Virus record (IMG/VR): IMGVR_UViG_3300021964_000018
Span: 77,039-141,038 of that record
Reading direction: 5' to 3' (one strand)
Length of the DNA: 64,000 nt
Source of the DNA: a virus
Positions 47,605 to 57,159 of this stretch are shown here, in pieces. The translations under genes were made by a program, and so were the position numbers. Position 1 is the stretch's first letter, and each line of letters starts with the position of its first letter. The notes under the pieces were generated by a model. It saw only the letters and a list, made by a program, of their open reading frames with translations. It was not told where the DNA came from and ran no database searches.

Positions 47605-48494
47605 AACTAACCAGAACACATTTACAAAACTTACTTATTGAACAAGTCCTATTCTCTGAGGGACTACGTTATCATATAGAGAACTCTATTCCTCTTTATG
47701 ATTGTATATATAGGCCTGGCTCAAAAGGTTTCTTCAGCCTTATTTCTGAATCACGCAAGATGTACAATAGTGGCCTGTTGCGTGTGGATGAAGATGAATT
47801 AGATATGTTAAATTCTGACATGGGGAGATTTGCAAACTACGGAAACAGAGAGGTTGCATTAGATTTTCCAATCAGTCAAGAAGCCGATGATATGATGATG
47901 TTAAATAGCCAAGGTTTTCATAAATCAGAAGAGATGATGACTCGAGTTTTTAATAATGAGTTTGGAAATGAAATTGAAGTTGAAGTTCGAGGCTCTCATT
48001 ATAATGACTTTATGGACGGTGAAAAACCCTATGAAGGAGTTTTTATTAGAATAACCGGGCCAGATAGTGAATCAAGTCAAGTTATAACAAGAATGGAAGC
48101 AGAAACGCTATTAGAGCTTTTAAGCAACTATTTCAATGAAGAACCAGAAAGACTTGATGAAAAGAAAAGACGCAAAAGAAAGAAATCAAAAGCAAAGAAA
48201 TCGGGAAGCTACTATAAAGGACGCAAAGTAAAATTAAATAAACCAAAGCGTAATTCAGGTTCAGGTGGTAAATTTGTTGTTTATGTTAGAAATCAAAAAA
48301 CAGGAAATATAAAGCGGATTACATTTGGTGCCCGTGGTATGACAACCGGATTAAGAAATCCTGCGCGTCGTAAATCATTTGCTGCTCGTCATCGATGTGC
48401 ACAGAAAAAAGATAAACTTGCACCAGGCTATTGGGCATGTCGAATAGGTCGATACCCAGCTGTTTCTGGCGCTCCTTATACAACATGGTGGTAG
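47601..48494 (+). CDS. Leader-bearing protein with basic C-terminal domain
   Basis: MKLTRTHLQNLLIE; KFVVYV..KTGNIKRITFG..RRKSFAARHRC..GYWAC. Confidence 0.7.
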   Translation: MKLTRTHLQNLLIEQVLFSEGLRYHIENSIPLYDCIYRPGSKGFFSLISESRKMYNSGLLRVDEDELDMLNSDMGRFANYGNREVALDFPISQEADDMMMLNSQGFHKSEEMMTRVFNNEFGNEIEVEVRGSHYNDFMDGEKPYEGVFIRITGPDSESSQVITRMEAETLLELLSNYFNEEPERLDEKKRRKRKKSKAKKSGSYYKGRKVKLNKPKRNSGSGGKFVVYVRNQKTGNIKRITFGARGMTTGLRNPARRKSFAARHRCAQKKDKLAPGYWACRIGRYPAVSGAPYTTWW

Positions 48495-48495
48495 T

Positions 48496-48867
48496 ATGAA
48501 AATAACAAAAAAACAATTAAGAAAAATAATACTTTTAGAAATGCAAAATGACAACCTAAATGATCATAGTCGTCATTACCCAATAATAGCTCAGTTTTTA
48601 CTTAGCCCTGATCATGAAACGTTTAAGCATGGGATTCTCCTAGGAGAATCATTAGAGTTGCTCGTAATAAGTGATGACCACCCAGGATACTATCATGATA
48701 GATCGTCTAGACATGTATACGAGCTTAGGATATGGTCTTCAGATTTTGCCCAATATCTTCAGCAAAACCATCCAGACGGTCCACAGCAGTCTGGTACTCA
48801 ATACATTAATTATAAATTTCGTCCTGATATTAATTATTATAGCATGACAGTAAATATAGACACATAA
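48496..48867 (+). CDS. Hypothetical protein with leader (MKITKKQLRKIILLE)
   Basis: Leader motif. Confidence 0.7.
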   Translation: MKITKKQLRKIILLEMQNDNLNDHSRHYPIIAQFLLSPDHETFKHGILLGESLELLVISDDHPGYYHDRSSRHVYELRIWSSDFAQYLQQNHPDGPQQSGTQYINYKFRPDINYYSMTVNIDT

Positions 48868-48879
48868 TTTAGAAAAACA

Positions 48880-49380
48880 ATGAAATTAACAAGAAAAGCA
48901 TTAAGAAAAATTATAAGTGAGTTTAGATTACCAGAAAAGATGTATACACCTAATATTACTTCTGGTGATGGGTTTCCTCCTCCAGTTGACAATCCTGGAA
49001 ACGGTGATGGTCAAAATAAATGTCAAAACTTTGAAGAAGTTCATGACGCAATATCTTATTTGCATGGTGAATTAACAGAATATTTTATCAATATGCCTAT
49101 TGCTGATTATGAACACCTTAACGTTTATGAATTTACAGATATACCTTTTGACATAGCAGCTAGAAATCACGGTATACAAGTTGCTAAAGAATTAATTGCT
49201 AAATGTGGTAGATATAATTCTAGTGTTATGGTATTAATGACAAATCCGAAAGTACTTTTAGGCGACGATCCAATACGTTCTTATAATCAAAACTTTCAAA
49301 ACATGTCGAGGCAAGGAATTGAAAGAAATGAATTAAAACATACAATTTTAATACTTCGTCAAGCGATACGGATGGTATAA
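48880..49380 (+). CDS. Hypothetical protein with leader (MKLTRKALRKIISE)
   Basis: Leader; similarity to the 45666 protein. Confidence 0.7.
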   Translation: MKLTRKALRKIISEFRLPEKMYTPNITSGDGFPPPVDNPGNGDGQNKCQNFEEVHDAISYLHGELTEYFINMPIADYEHLNVYEFTDIPFDIAARNHGIQVAKELIAKCGRYNSSVMVLMTNPKVLLGDDPIRSYNQNFQNMSRQGIERNELKHTILILRQAIRMV

Positions 49381-49381
49381 A

Positions 49382-50194
49382 ATGAAGTTAACAAGAAGAC
49401 AACTTAGATATTTAATTAGCGAAGCGGTTTTTAAAGAATCAGCCGGTGCATCTCCACCTGTTGATTTCATGTATGATATGATTGATGTAGGATCACCAAT
49501 GGTTAAGCAACTATTTAAATATGTTTTTCCTCACAAGAATAAATTAAGTTTTAAAATCGAACAAGATGATTTCAATGTTAAAGTTTTTATGTATTATAAC
49601 AATATACAAATAGGGTCGGTGAAATCTCGTCTTGCTAATCCAAGACACGGAAGACAAGATCCTAAATTCAACCCTAGAAAAGAAAAAATAAATTTATTTG
49701 AAATTAAATCAGCTTTTCTAAGTTTAGGAAAAGATGTTCCTGAATTATTTAAAGAAAAAGGTTTTGGTCCCATTTTGTATGAACTTTGTTTAGAAGTAGT
49801 TTCTGCGAAAGGTAAAGATTATTATTTAACTTGCGACAGATATTCACTTCAACCAGACGCATATAATGTCTGGGCTTTTTATTATCACAATAGAAGAAAC
49901 GATGTAGAGCAAAAACAACTAGACAATTCTTTTCTTCCAAGTCAATATAGCATAACAGACAATCCTAATTTAAGATATCCTGGTTTTACCTCAGAAGATT
50001 TTTATGATGCATTCACAGAAAAAACAATTTTCCCACAAGGAGCTGACGAGGACGAGGACGAAACAATTGGAGATTATATGGAGTATGCAAAAAAGAAAGA
50101 TCCGTTAATGAAAGCATATCGAAAAGATGACGCGCCGTTTTTGACTATGCTAAAACTATATGGTGTCAAAGTAGAAGAAATTAATTTAACATGA
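49382..50194 (+). CDS. Leader-bearing GNAT-like protein (MKLTRRQLRYLISE)
   Basis: KGFGPILYE motif-A-like, DAYNVWAFY. Confidence 0.6.
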   Translation: MKLTRRQLRYLISEAVFKESAGASPPVDFMYDMIDVGSPMVKQLFKYVFPHKNKLSFKIEQDDFNVKVFMYYNNIQIGSVKSRLANPRHGRQDPKFNPRKEKINLFEIKSAFLSLGKDVPELFKEKGFGPILYELCLEVVSAKGKDYYLTCDRYSLQPDAYNVWAFYYHNRRNDVEQKQLDNSFLPSQYSITDNPNLRYPGFTSEDFYDAFTEKTIFPQGADEDEDETIGDYMEYAKKKDPLMKAYRKDDAPFLTMLKLYGVKVEEINLT

Positions 50195-50451
50195 ACCCGT
50201 ACAAAGAAATACAGCAAGGTGAAATAACAATTCGAACATTTAAAAAAGATGTGGAAGATAATGAGTTAGTGTGGCATAGAGACAGAGAAGATCGAGAAGT
50301 TAAAGTAGTTAAAGGTAGTGGGTGGCAATTTCAAAGAGAGGATCACTTGCCTATTTTACTTAAAGAAGGCGATGTTATACAAATAAAAAAAGAAGAATGG
50401 CATCGAATAATTAAAGGAAGAACAGATTTGATTGTAGAGGTAAGAGAATGA
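50191..50451 (+). CDS. Cupin-like small protein
   Basis: WHRDREDR...WHRIIKG. Confidence 0.65.
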   Translation: MNPYKEIQQGEITIRTFKKDVEDNELVWHRDREDREVKVVKGSGWQFQREDHLPILLKEGDVIQIKKEEWHRIIKGRTDLIVEVRE

Positions 50452-51680
50452 AAATTACAAATAAAAAAATTAAAAAATTAATTAAAGAATCGATCGAAAA
50501 TATTTTATTTGAAGAATACAAAGGAATAATCGGAGGGGAGCTTAAAAAAGATCCGGAAACAGGAAAGTGGATTAGCGACAGAGATGAAGATGAATCAGGT
50601 GAACCAATAGTTTTTGATTCAGATGAAAGAAATCAGTTGTCTGCAGCATTTAGTGATGAAGAATTTGTATCAAAAATACCTGATGAAAGAACTAGAAAGG
50701 CTATCGGGCCCGTACCTAAAGCCCCCGCTGCTAAGCAGAAAAAAACAGGTGCCAGACTATTTAAAGGAAAAAAGTTTAAAGATGCAAGATGGATGTGGGG
50801 TGAAAAAGCATTCCCAGGATCCAACGTATATTTAATTCCAGTTTTAGGTGGATCAAGAGAAGCAGCAAAATTAATGTTCGGAACAGATCCAAGTAAAAGA
50901 ATAGGAGCTGATTCAATTGAATTTAGTAGGGCTGATCTAGTATATTCTGATAGTGAAAATAAAGAATTTTATGAAAGAAACAAGATTAAACGCCATCAAA
51001 TGTCAGGAGAAGAAACAGCTTTGTTTCGAAACAGAATGGTTGATTTTCAAACAAGAAGACATTTAATTTTTGATTTAGAGGCTGAAGGAATTCAGTTGAT
51101 GACTAATTTAGGGATCAATATAGGTGAAATTTCTTCAATGAGTTTAGACGAAGACGTCGTTTTTGTTCCTTTAGTTACCGGTACAGCTAAGAATTTCTTA
51201 GCATCTCCTCATATGATATTACATGCATTGTTTGACACTACGGGTGAATCAGGAGCGACTGAGATTGATAAAATTGTTAATCCCATTCAAGAGCGCCTAG
51301 CAGATACCATATCTAGATTAGGTATTAATCCAGGGGCTCTTGCCCAAAGAAAAACATCTGAAGAAAAGAATTATGCTCCGATTTTCCAAAAGCTAGGAAC
51401 AACATCAGCACTTCGTAGAGGAATACCATTTACTTCTAATGACTTAGTATCAGAATTTATGACACAGGAAATTTCACAACAAAAGCCTGCAGGTATGTCA
51501 CCTGGTTTATTGTATCCTCCGGAGGCAAAAAAAGGAATGAGCTATAATGTTAGAATGTATAGGGAATTACCCTTTGATACTCAAGAAGAATTAATGGCCA
51601 TTAGAGAAATGATACTTAAAGCAGTTGTTGATATTAGAAAATTACTCAAAGGAAAAATTGTAATAATTAATGTAGTGTAA
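50448..51680 (+). CDS. Hypothetical protein with leader (MKITNKKIKKLIKESIE)
   Basis: Leader motif. Confidence 0.7.
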   Translation: MKITNKKIKKLIKESIENILFEEYKGIIGGELKKDPETGKWISDRDEDESGEPIVFDSDERNQLSAAFSDEEFVSKIPDERTRKAIGPVPKAPAAKQKKTGARLFKGKKFKDARWMWGEKAFPGSNVYLIPVLGGSREAAKLMFGTDPSKRIGADSIEFSRADLVYSDSENKEFYERNKIKRHQMSGEETALFRNRMVDFQTRRHLIFDLEAEGIQLMTNLGINIGEISSMSLDEDVVFVPLVTGTAKNFLASPHMILHALFDTTGESGATEIDKIVNPIQERLADTISRLGINPGALAQRKTSEEKNYAPIFQKLGTTSALRRGIPFTSNDLVSEFMTQEISQQKPAGMSPGLLYPPEAKKGMSYNVRMYRELPFDTQEELMAIREMILKAVVDIRKLLKGKIVIINVV

Positions 51681-51703
51681 AATTTAATTATGGAGATAAG
51701 AAA

Positions 51704-52651
51704 ATGGAAATTAATGGAAAACAAGTAATTGTAATTTATGCAGGTAGGTTTCAGCCTATGGGTAAACATCATAAAATGACTTATGATTGGTGTGTTCAAA
51801 ATTTTGGTACTGAAAATGTTTTTATAGTTTCTTCTGATAAAGTTGAAATGCCAAAATCACCACTTAATTTTATTGAAAAACAAGCTGTTGCATCTGCCCA
51901 TGGGGTTCCTGTTGACAAATTTGTAAATGAAAAAGTCCCTTATGCTTTAAGAACTTGGAAAAATATTCCCAATGCTTTGTCTAATAGAAACTTAGATTAT
52001 AATAATGTTATATTAGCCTTTGTAGTTGGAAAAAAAGATATGGAAGGCTCTCCAAGATTTAGAGTAGGCATGACAAAAAAAGGTACGCCAACTTATTTCC
52101 AACATTTCGATCCTAACATCGCAATGCGTCCTGGCATTGAACATGGATATCTTTTAGTAGCACCGCATATGGAATATCTATTACCAAATGGAATGGAAAG
52201 TTCTGGTACTAATTTAAGAGAATTCCTAGCTAATGCAAGTCCCAATGAGTTTGAACTGGCTTTAGGTTTTTGGGATGAAGATTTAGATAACTTATTTAAA
52301 GAAAAGTTTGTGTCTGGAATGTTATCTGAAGGTATTGAAAGAAGAAATAGAAATGATAAAGGGTACAGTTCTTATCTAGAAGAAATTATGAATGAACTCC
52401 AGCACATTAAAAAAGAATACGGTTCTAGAACAAAAGAAGGGAAGCAGTATAGAAAAGAAGCAAGTAAGATACAAGATGCTTATTCTGAAATTAGACGATT
52501 AAAAAGAAAACACGAAAGACAGTTCTCAGATGAAGCAATGTTATCTGAACGTGTTATTAAGCGAGCAACAGGTCATGATGATTATGAAGATGATAGCAAC
52601 AAGCCTTTTAATAGAGACGCAATTAGAGAATTTTTTAATAAATTTAAATAA
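51704..52651 (+). CDS. HIGH-superfamily nucleotidyltransferase-like protein
   Basis: IYAGRFQPMGKHH, SPLNF.EK, VVGKKD, SGTNLR. Confidence 0.75.
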   Translation: MEINGKQVIVIYAGRFQPMGKHHKMTYDWCVQNFGTENVFIVSSDKVEMPKSPLNFIEKQAVASAHGVPVDKFVNEKVPYALRTWKNIPNALSNRNLDYNNVILAFVVGKKDMEGSPRFRVGMTKKGTPTYFQHFDPNIAMRPGIEHGYLLVAPHMEYLLPNGMESSGTNLREFLANASPNEFELALGFWDEDLDNLFKEKFVSGMLSEGIERRNRNDKGYSSYLEEIMNELQHIKKEYGSRTKEGKQYRKEASKIQDAYSEIRRLKRKHERQFSDEAMLSERVIKRATGHDDYEDDSNKPFNRDAIREFFNKFK

Positions 52652-52696
52652 TTTTTGTAAATTATCATAAATCAAGTAAGAATATTCTTAAAGGAG

Positions 52697-52927
52697 TTGG
52701 TTATGGAAAAAACAGATAAAGATATTCTTACTGATATTATTTTAGATCATCATGATGAAGAATTTAGAATACTGGAAAAAGGCGACGATTCCGGTCATCA
52801 TTTTAGTGTTTACTTACCAATTGGTTCTAAAACAAAGTTAATACAACAATTAGTTTTAGAAAAAGTAAAAACAAGAACTATTATAATTACAACACCAACT
52901 GGTTATATAGGCACTATATTAAGATAA
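52697..52927 (+). CDS. Hypothetical protein
   Basis: ORF track; SD AAGGAG. Confidence 0.55.
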   Translation: MVMEKTDKDILTDIILDHHDEEFRILEKGDDSGHHFSVYLPIGSKTKLIQQLVLEKVKTRTIIITTPTGYIGTILR

Positions 52928-52966
52928 AATAAAAGAAAGAAAATAAATAAATAAAGGGCCGTTAAT

Positions 52967-53440
52967 ATGAAATATGATTCGAAAAACTTATGGAATAACG
53001 GCGACAATAAACTGACAACGCAAGAAGTATTCGAATCGATAAAAGATTATGTTGATAAAGGTGGCACCATATATGTAGGTACTGATTCTATGTTGCGACA
53101 TGATCATTGTAGGTTTGCTTCGGTTATTGCAATTCATTCAAATGATTTAAATATAGCAAATTATTTTTTCAAAAAAAAGAATGTCGATGCAAATCAATAT
53201 AAGTCTCTTCAAAATAAAATATTTGAAGAAGTCGATTGCTCTATAGAAATAGCAAAAGAATGTGCAAAAAGATTCCCAAATGCTAAAATAGAAGTTCATG
53301 TTGATGTAGGAAAAACAAATAGATCAAAAACAAGAATATATGTTGATATGTTAAAAGGATGGGTCACAGGAATGGGTTACGTTTTTAAATCAAAACCTAA
53401 TTCTTGGGCATCTTATGTAGCAGATTGGCATTCAAAATAG
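52967..53440 (+). CDS. RNase H-like YkuK (DUF458) family protein
   Basis: YVGTDS, EVDCSIEIA, EVHVDVG, KPNSWAS.VAD. Confidence 0.85.
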   Translation: MKYDSKNLWNNGDNKLTTQEVFESIKDYVDKGGTIYVGTDSMLRHDHCRFASVIAIHSNDLNIANYFFKKKNVDANQYKSLQNKIFEEVDCSIEIAKECAKRFPNAKIEVHVDVGKTNRSKTRIYVDMLKGWVTGMGYVFKSKPNSWASYVADWHSK

Positions 53441-53448
53441 GAGAAAAT

Positions 53449-53841
53449 ATGGCAATAATATTTAAGAAAAAATCAAAATCAGTCTTTGCAAATCCTTCCT
53501 ATATCAAAGATGGTAGCCTTAATAATAAAATAGATAAGATTATCAATGAAACAATCAAAGATAAGTTGTTTAATACTTTAGGAATTGATAAAAAAATCTA
53601 CATTAGATTGGTTGAATATTTTCCTGTATATACTTTGTGCAAACAAACTAAAGAAAAAGCTGTTAACGTATATATGATGAGAATTAAAACTGATATTAAC
53701 CCAAGATATATTAAGCTTCCTGCTCGAGAAATAGAAATTTCTGGAGTAAATTTAACTGAATTTGAAAGCTTTTTAGACGAAAATGGTGCAGTTGTAATAT
53801 CAGATCAATCAAAAATAGAGTTTATATTAACGCAAATTTAA
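53449..53841 (+). CDS. Hypothetical protein
   Basis: SD AGGAG before ATG 53449. Confidence 0.6.
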   Translation: MAIIFKKKSKSVFANPSYIKDGSLNNKIDKIINETIKDKLFNTLGIDKKIYIRLVEYFPVYTLCKQTKEKAVNVYMMRIKTDINPRYIKLPAREIEISGVNLTEFESFLDENGAVVISDQSKIEFILTQI

Positions 53842-53843
53842 AA

Positions 53844-53871
53844 TGTAATTTTAATATAAGTTTTGTATAAT
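53844..53871 (+). promoter_or_regulatory. TGTAAT-N16-TATAAT promoter of helicase gene
   Basis: Motif and spacing. Confidence 0.6.
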
Positions 53872-53893
53872 TGTGTTGAATAGGAGAAGTTAA

Positions 53894-55534
53894 ATGAAAC
53901 AACACAATTATACAAATATATTTCCATACCCAAAGGCAAGAAAAGAACAAGAAACTGCTATTGACTTTGGATTAAAAACGCTCATTGACGATAATAAGAA
54001 ATTTGTTATTATTGAAGCCGGAACTGGAGTTGGTAAGTCTGCAATTGGTCTGACTTTAGGGAGATATTTAGATGATTATTATTCTTCTCATTTTAAACCT
54101 GATGATGTTGATTATGCTCAAGGAACATATTTTTTAACTACTCAAAGAATACTGCAAGAACAATATGAAAAAGATTTTGGACGACCACGTGGATCAATGT
54201 GTTCGTTGTATTCAGCATCTAATTATAGCTGTAGTTATAAGAAAGGAAATGATTGTCGAACTTCTCTACAAGAGTTAAAAGGAGAAAAGAAAGGATCTCC
54301 ATTTTTTAAGGCATGTGCAATTGGATGCAAGTACAAAGAAAAGAAAAAGAAATTTTTGGAAAGTAGAGAATCAATTACAAACTTTCCATATTTTATTTTA
54401 GAATCGACGTATTCAGGTAAAATAACTCCAAGAAATGTTTTAGTAATTGATGAAGCACACAATACTGAATCTGTTCTTTCAACATTTGTAGAAATGGGAA
54501 TAAGTCAATATTTTGCTGAGAAAATTATAAAAGTTCAATGGCCGGCCAAAGTTACGCCGGTCAATTTTGTTAAATGGCTATTGACTGAATATTATCCTAA
54601 ACTTCAATCTCAAATTCTTCACATGCAAGAAAAAATTGAACAGTTAGGAATTGGTGGTAAAATAAAAGAATTGAAAACAATTGCAATGCGATATGACATG
54701 ATGACCGGTCATGCATCAAAGCTTGAGGTTTTCCTGCAGGAATACACACCTGATAACTGGATTATGGAGCAGCAAGAAACAGAAGCAAGAGGATATACAA
54801 AAGTTATATATCGTGCTGTTGATGTTTCGAAATTTGCCAAAGATTATCTTTTTAAAATGGGAAGAAAAGTGATATTTCTATCAGCTACTATTCTCAATGG
54901 AAAAGCATTTGCTGAATCTTTAGGCCTTAAGGAAGAAGAATACGATTTTATCAGTATTCCTTCTCCTTTCCCGATAGAAAATCGACCTATCTTTACCCAA
55001 GGAATTGGATCGATGTCAGCTAACTCGATAGAAAAATCTTTACCGAACCTTAAGGCAGCAATTGAAGCAATTTTAGATGAACACAATGGAGATAAAGGAA
55101 TTATACACTGTCATACTTATAAAATTGCTAATTATATAAAAAGAAATATTAAGAATTCTCGACTATTAACTCATGATTCTCATAATCGCGATGATATTCT
55201 TAAAAAACATATGACTACAAAAAAACCTACCGTTTTATTAACTCCATCTATGACTGAAGGTGTCGACTTAAAAGGAGACTTATCAAAGTTTCAGGTAATT
55301 TGCAAAATACCTTATCCTTACTTGGGAGACCAGATTGTTAGAAAAAGAATGAATAAATATAAAAACTGGTATGGGTTGCAAACTGCTAAGTCAATTGTTC
55401 AATCTTGTGGTAGAAGCGTAAGATCAGAAACAGATACAGCAATTACTTACATACTTGATAGTGATTGGAATCGTTTTTATCAAAAAAATAAAAACATGTT
55501 TCCGAAAGAGTTTAAAAGTCTAATTGTAAAATAG
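53894..55534 (+). CDS. DinG/XPD-like SF2 DNA helicase
   Basis: EAGTGVGKS, DEAHN, LSAT, EGVD, QSCGRSVRS..D; Cys cluster. Confidence 0.9.
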   Translation: MKQHNYTNIFPYPKARKEQETAIDFGLKTLIDDNKKFVIIEAGTGVGKSAIGLTLGRYLDDYYSSHFKPDDVDYAQGTYFLTTQRILQEQYEKDFGRPRGSMCSLYSASNYSCSYKKGNDCRTSLQELKGEKKGSPFFKACAIGCKYKEKKKKFLESRESITNFPYFILESTYSGKITPRNVLVIDEAHNTESVLSTFVEMGISQYFAEKIIKVQWPAKVTPVNFVKWLLTEYYPKLQSQILHMQEKIEQLGIGGKIKELKTIAMRYDMMTGHASKLEVFLQEYTPDNWIMEQQETEARGYTKVIYRAVDVSKFAKDYLFKMGRKVIFLSATILNGKAFAESLGLKEEEYDFISIPSPFPIENRPIFTQGIGSMSANSIEKSLPNLKAAIEAILDEHNGDKGIIHCHTYKIANYIKRNIKNSRLLTHDSHNRDDILKKHMTTKKPTVLLTPSMTEGVDLKGDLSKFQVICKIPYPYLGDQIVRKRMNKYKNWYGLQTAKSIVQSCGRSVRSETDTAITYILDSDWNRFYQKNKNMFPKEFKSLIVK

Positions 55535-55582
55535 TTACAAGCTAGATTAATACTTGTTATAATAAAAATAAAAGAGGTTAAA

Positions 55583-55792
55583 ATGAATATTAGGGAAGGA
55601 ATGAAAGTAATGGTGACTCATCACATGAGCAACAAAGGAAGAGTAACAAAAGTTTACTATGTTCCCGTTAAACACGGATCGGCAAATGGTACTTTCTCCA
55701 AACAAATGCGCGTTAAATTTATTAGTGAGATAGATGGTGAAGAAAAAGATTTCAGAGCATCAGATCTCATGGTCTTAAGAGATGAAGGATAG
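55583..55792 (+). CDS. Small SH3-like hypothetical protein
   Basis: ORF track; preceded by TACAAG-N16-TATAAT (55536-55563) and SD GAGG. Confidence 0.6.
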   Translation: MNIREGMKVMVTHHMSNKGRVTKVYYVPVKHGSANGTFSKQMRVKFISEIDGEEKDFRASDLMVLRDEG

Positions 55793-55946
55793 TTTAGAAT
55801 TTATATTTTTGATTTTAATGTGGGTTGGTATTATTGGGTGTTTTATAACTTTTATCTGGTATCCCAACCCACTTCTTTTTTTTGCATCGATATTATCTTT
55901 TTTAATATTTAGACATCTTAGTGAAAACACACATTATTTCAAATAA
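55782..55946 (+). CDS. Small membrane protein (54 aa; not in ORF track)
   Basis: MKDSLEFIFLILMWVGIIGCFITFIWYPNPLLFFASILSFLIF... fills the gap. Confidence 0.45.
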   Translation: MKDSLEFIFLILMWVGIIGCFITFIWYPNPLLFFASILSFLIFRHLSENTHYFK

Positions 55947-55969
55947 TTATTTCTAGTAGCGGAGATAAT

Positions 55970-56194
55970 GTGTCAGAAAGTAAAAAAAGAAAGTTAATGT
56001 TAGATAGGCCCACTAATCATGGAGGATGGCCAAATGGAGGAAATAATAGTTGGGTAGGTGATAAGCCTGTTGCTGACATTATTTATGATTATTTGGAATC
56101 AATGGGTTTAACTGCTGACGTACCGCATGCTAAACTTAGTGAAGCAAGAATTAGAAAACTAATTAAAGAAGCATTAGTCCGGAATATAAAATGA
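55970..56194 (+). CDS. Hypothetical protein with C-terminal leader-like helix
   Basis: Ends LSEARIRKLIKEALVRNIK. Confidence 0.65.
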   Translation: MSESKKRKLMLDRPTNHGGWPNGGNNSWVGDKPVADIIYDYLESMGLTADVPHAKLSEARIRKLIKEALVRNIK

Positions 56195-56604
56195 ATCAAG
56201 TATCAGCAGCAGGTGTAATTGTATATAAAAGTTTAGGATCCGGGCGCATCCTTTTTTTAGGTTTACACGCCTTACCACAATTCCAAACTAAGAATAATGG
56301 TTTTTATGATATCCCAAAAGGCAGAATTGACCCGGGTGAAAATGCACTACAAACTGCCAGACGTGAAGCATATGAAGAAGCATCACTTACAATAACAAAC
56401 TTTGAAGAAGGTCCTTTTATACATGATAAATTAACAGTTTGGTTAACAGAATGTCATCAAGAACCTCAAATAGGTGTTAACCCAACAACAGGAATTCAAG
56501 AACATCTAGGATACTCCTGGATCAAACCTGCTGTATTAGAAGCACAATGTTTAGATTATTTAAAGCCGCATGTTCGTTGGGCACGAAGATTAATTGAGGG
56601 ATAA
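56191..56604 (+). CDS. NUDIX hydrolase
   Basis: PKGRIDPGENALQTARREAYEEASL Nudix box. Confidence 0.9.
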   Translation: MNQVSAAGVIVYKSLGSGRILFLGLHALPQFQTKNNGFYDIPKGRIDPGENALQTARREAYEEASLTITNFEEGPFIHDKLTVWLTECHQEPQIGVNPTTGIQEHLGYSWIKPAVLEAQCLDYLKPHVRWARRLIEG

Positions 56605-56606
56605 AA

Positions 56607-56840
56607 ATGAATGCTACTAAAATTCAAGAACGTTTTGCTAATTTATATAAGTTAAGAAATCAATTGTGTAAAGATCAGCAAAGCAAAATGGAGTTGGACG
56701 AAATCAAAAAATGGATTACAGATCAACTTAAATATTTAAGAACGCTTACAAAAAATAAAAATGTTGATCGTTCTGAAATATGTATGCGTATAGATGATGT
56801 TTTGTGTGCTTTAGACGTTGAGGAGGGTGATCATGAGTAA
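56607..56840 (+). CDS. Hypothetical protein
   Basis: ORF track. Confidence 0.6.
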   Translation: MNATKIQERFANLYKLRNQLCKDQQSKMELDEIKKWITDQLKYLRTLTKNKNVDRSEICMRIDDVLCALDVEEGDHE

Positions 56841-57156
56841 TGAAGACGGTTGGGCAGAATATTCACGGTTAGTGCTTAAAGAATTAGAAACACTTGCTGT
56901 GGGTATTAAGGAATTAAATGATAATCTTGGTGATGTTAAAAGAGAGATTGCCGAGATTCGTGCAAGAGAAGATAAAGTTCAAGAATTGGTCAAATGGAAA
57001 GAGCGAATTGATGAGGTTGCTTCTCCAACACAAATTAAAGAATTAACAAAGCAAGTTGAAGATTTAAAATTATTCAAAACAAAAGCAATCACTGTTTTTG
57101 CAGTTGTGCAATTCGCCATGGCAGCTATTGTTTTTGCAATGAAGTTTATGGAGTAA
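56833..57156 (+). CDS. Coiled-coil protein with C-terminal TM helix
   Basis: SD GGAGG; hydrophobic C-terminus. Confidence 0.65.
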   Translation: MSNEDGWAEYSRLVLKELETLAVGIKELNDNLGDVKREIAEIRAREDKVQELVKWKERIDEVASPTQIKELTKQVEDLKLFKTKAITVFAVVQFAMAAIVFAMKFME

Positions 57157-57159
57157 AAA

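Noticed and set aside
55820-55883. GTGGGTTGG...CCAACCCAC inverted repeat plus T run as a terminator
   Set aside because: Loop of about 35 nt is too long, and it lies in a plausible small membrane-protein ORF
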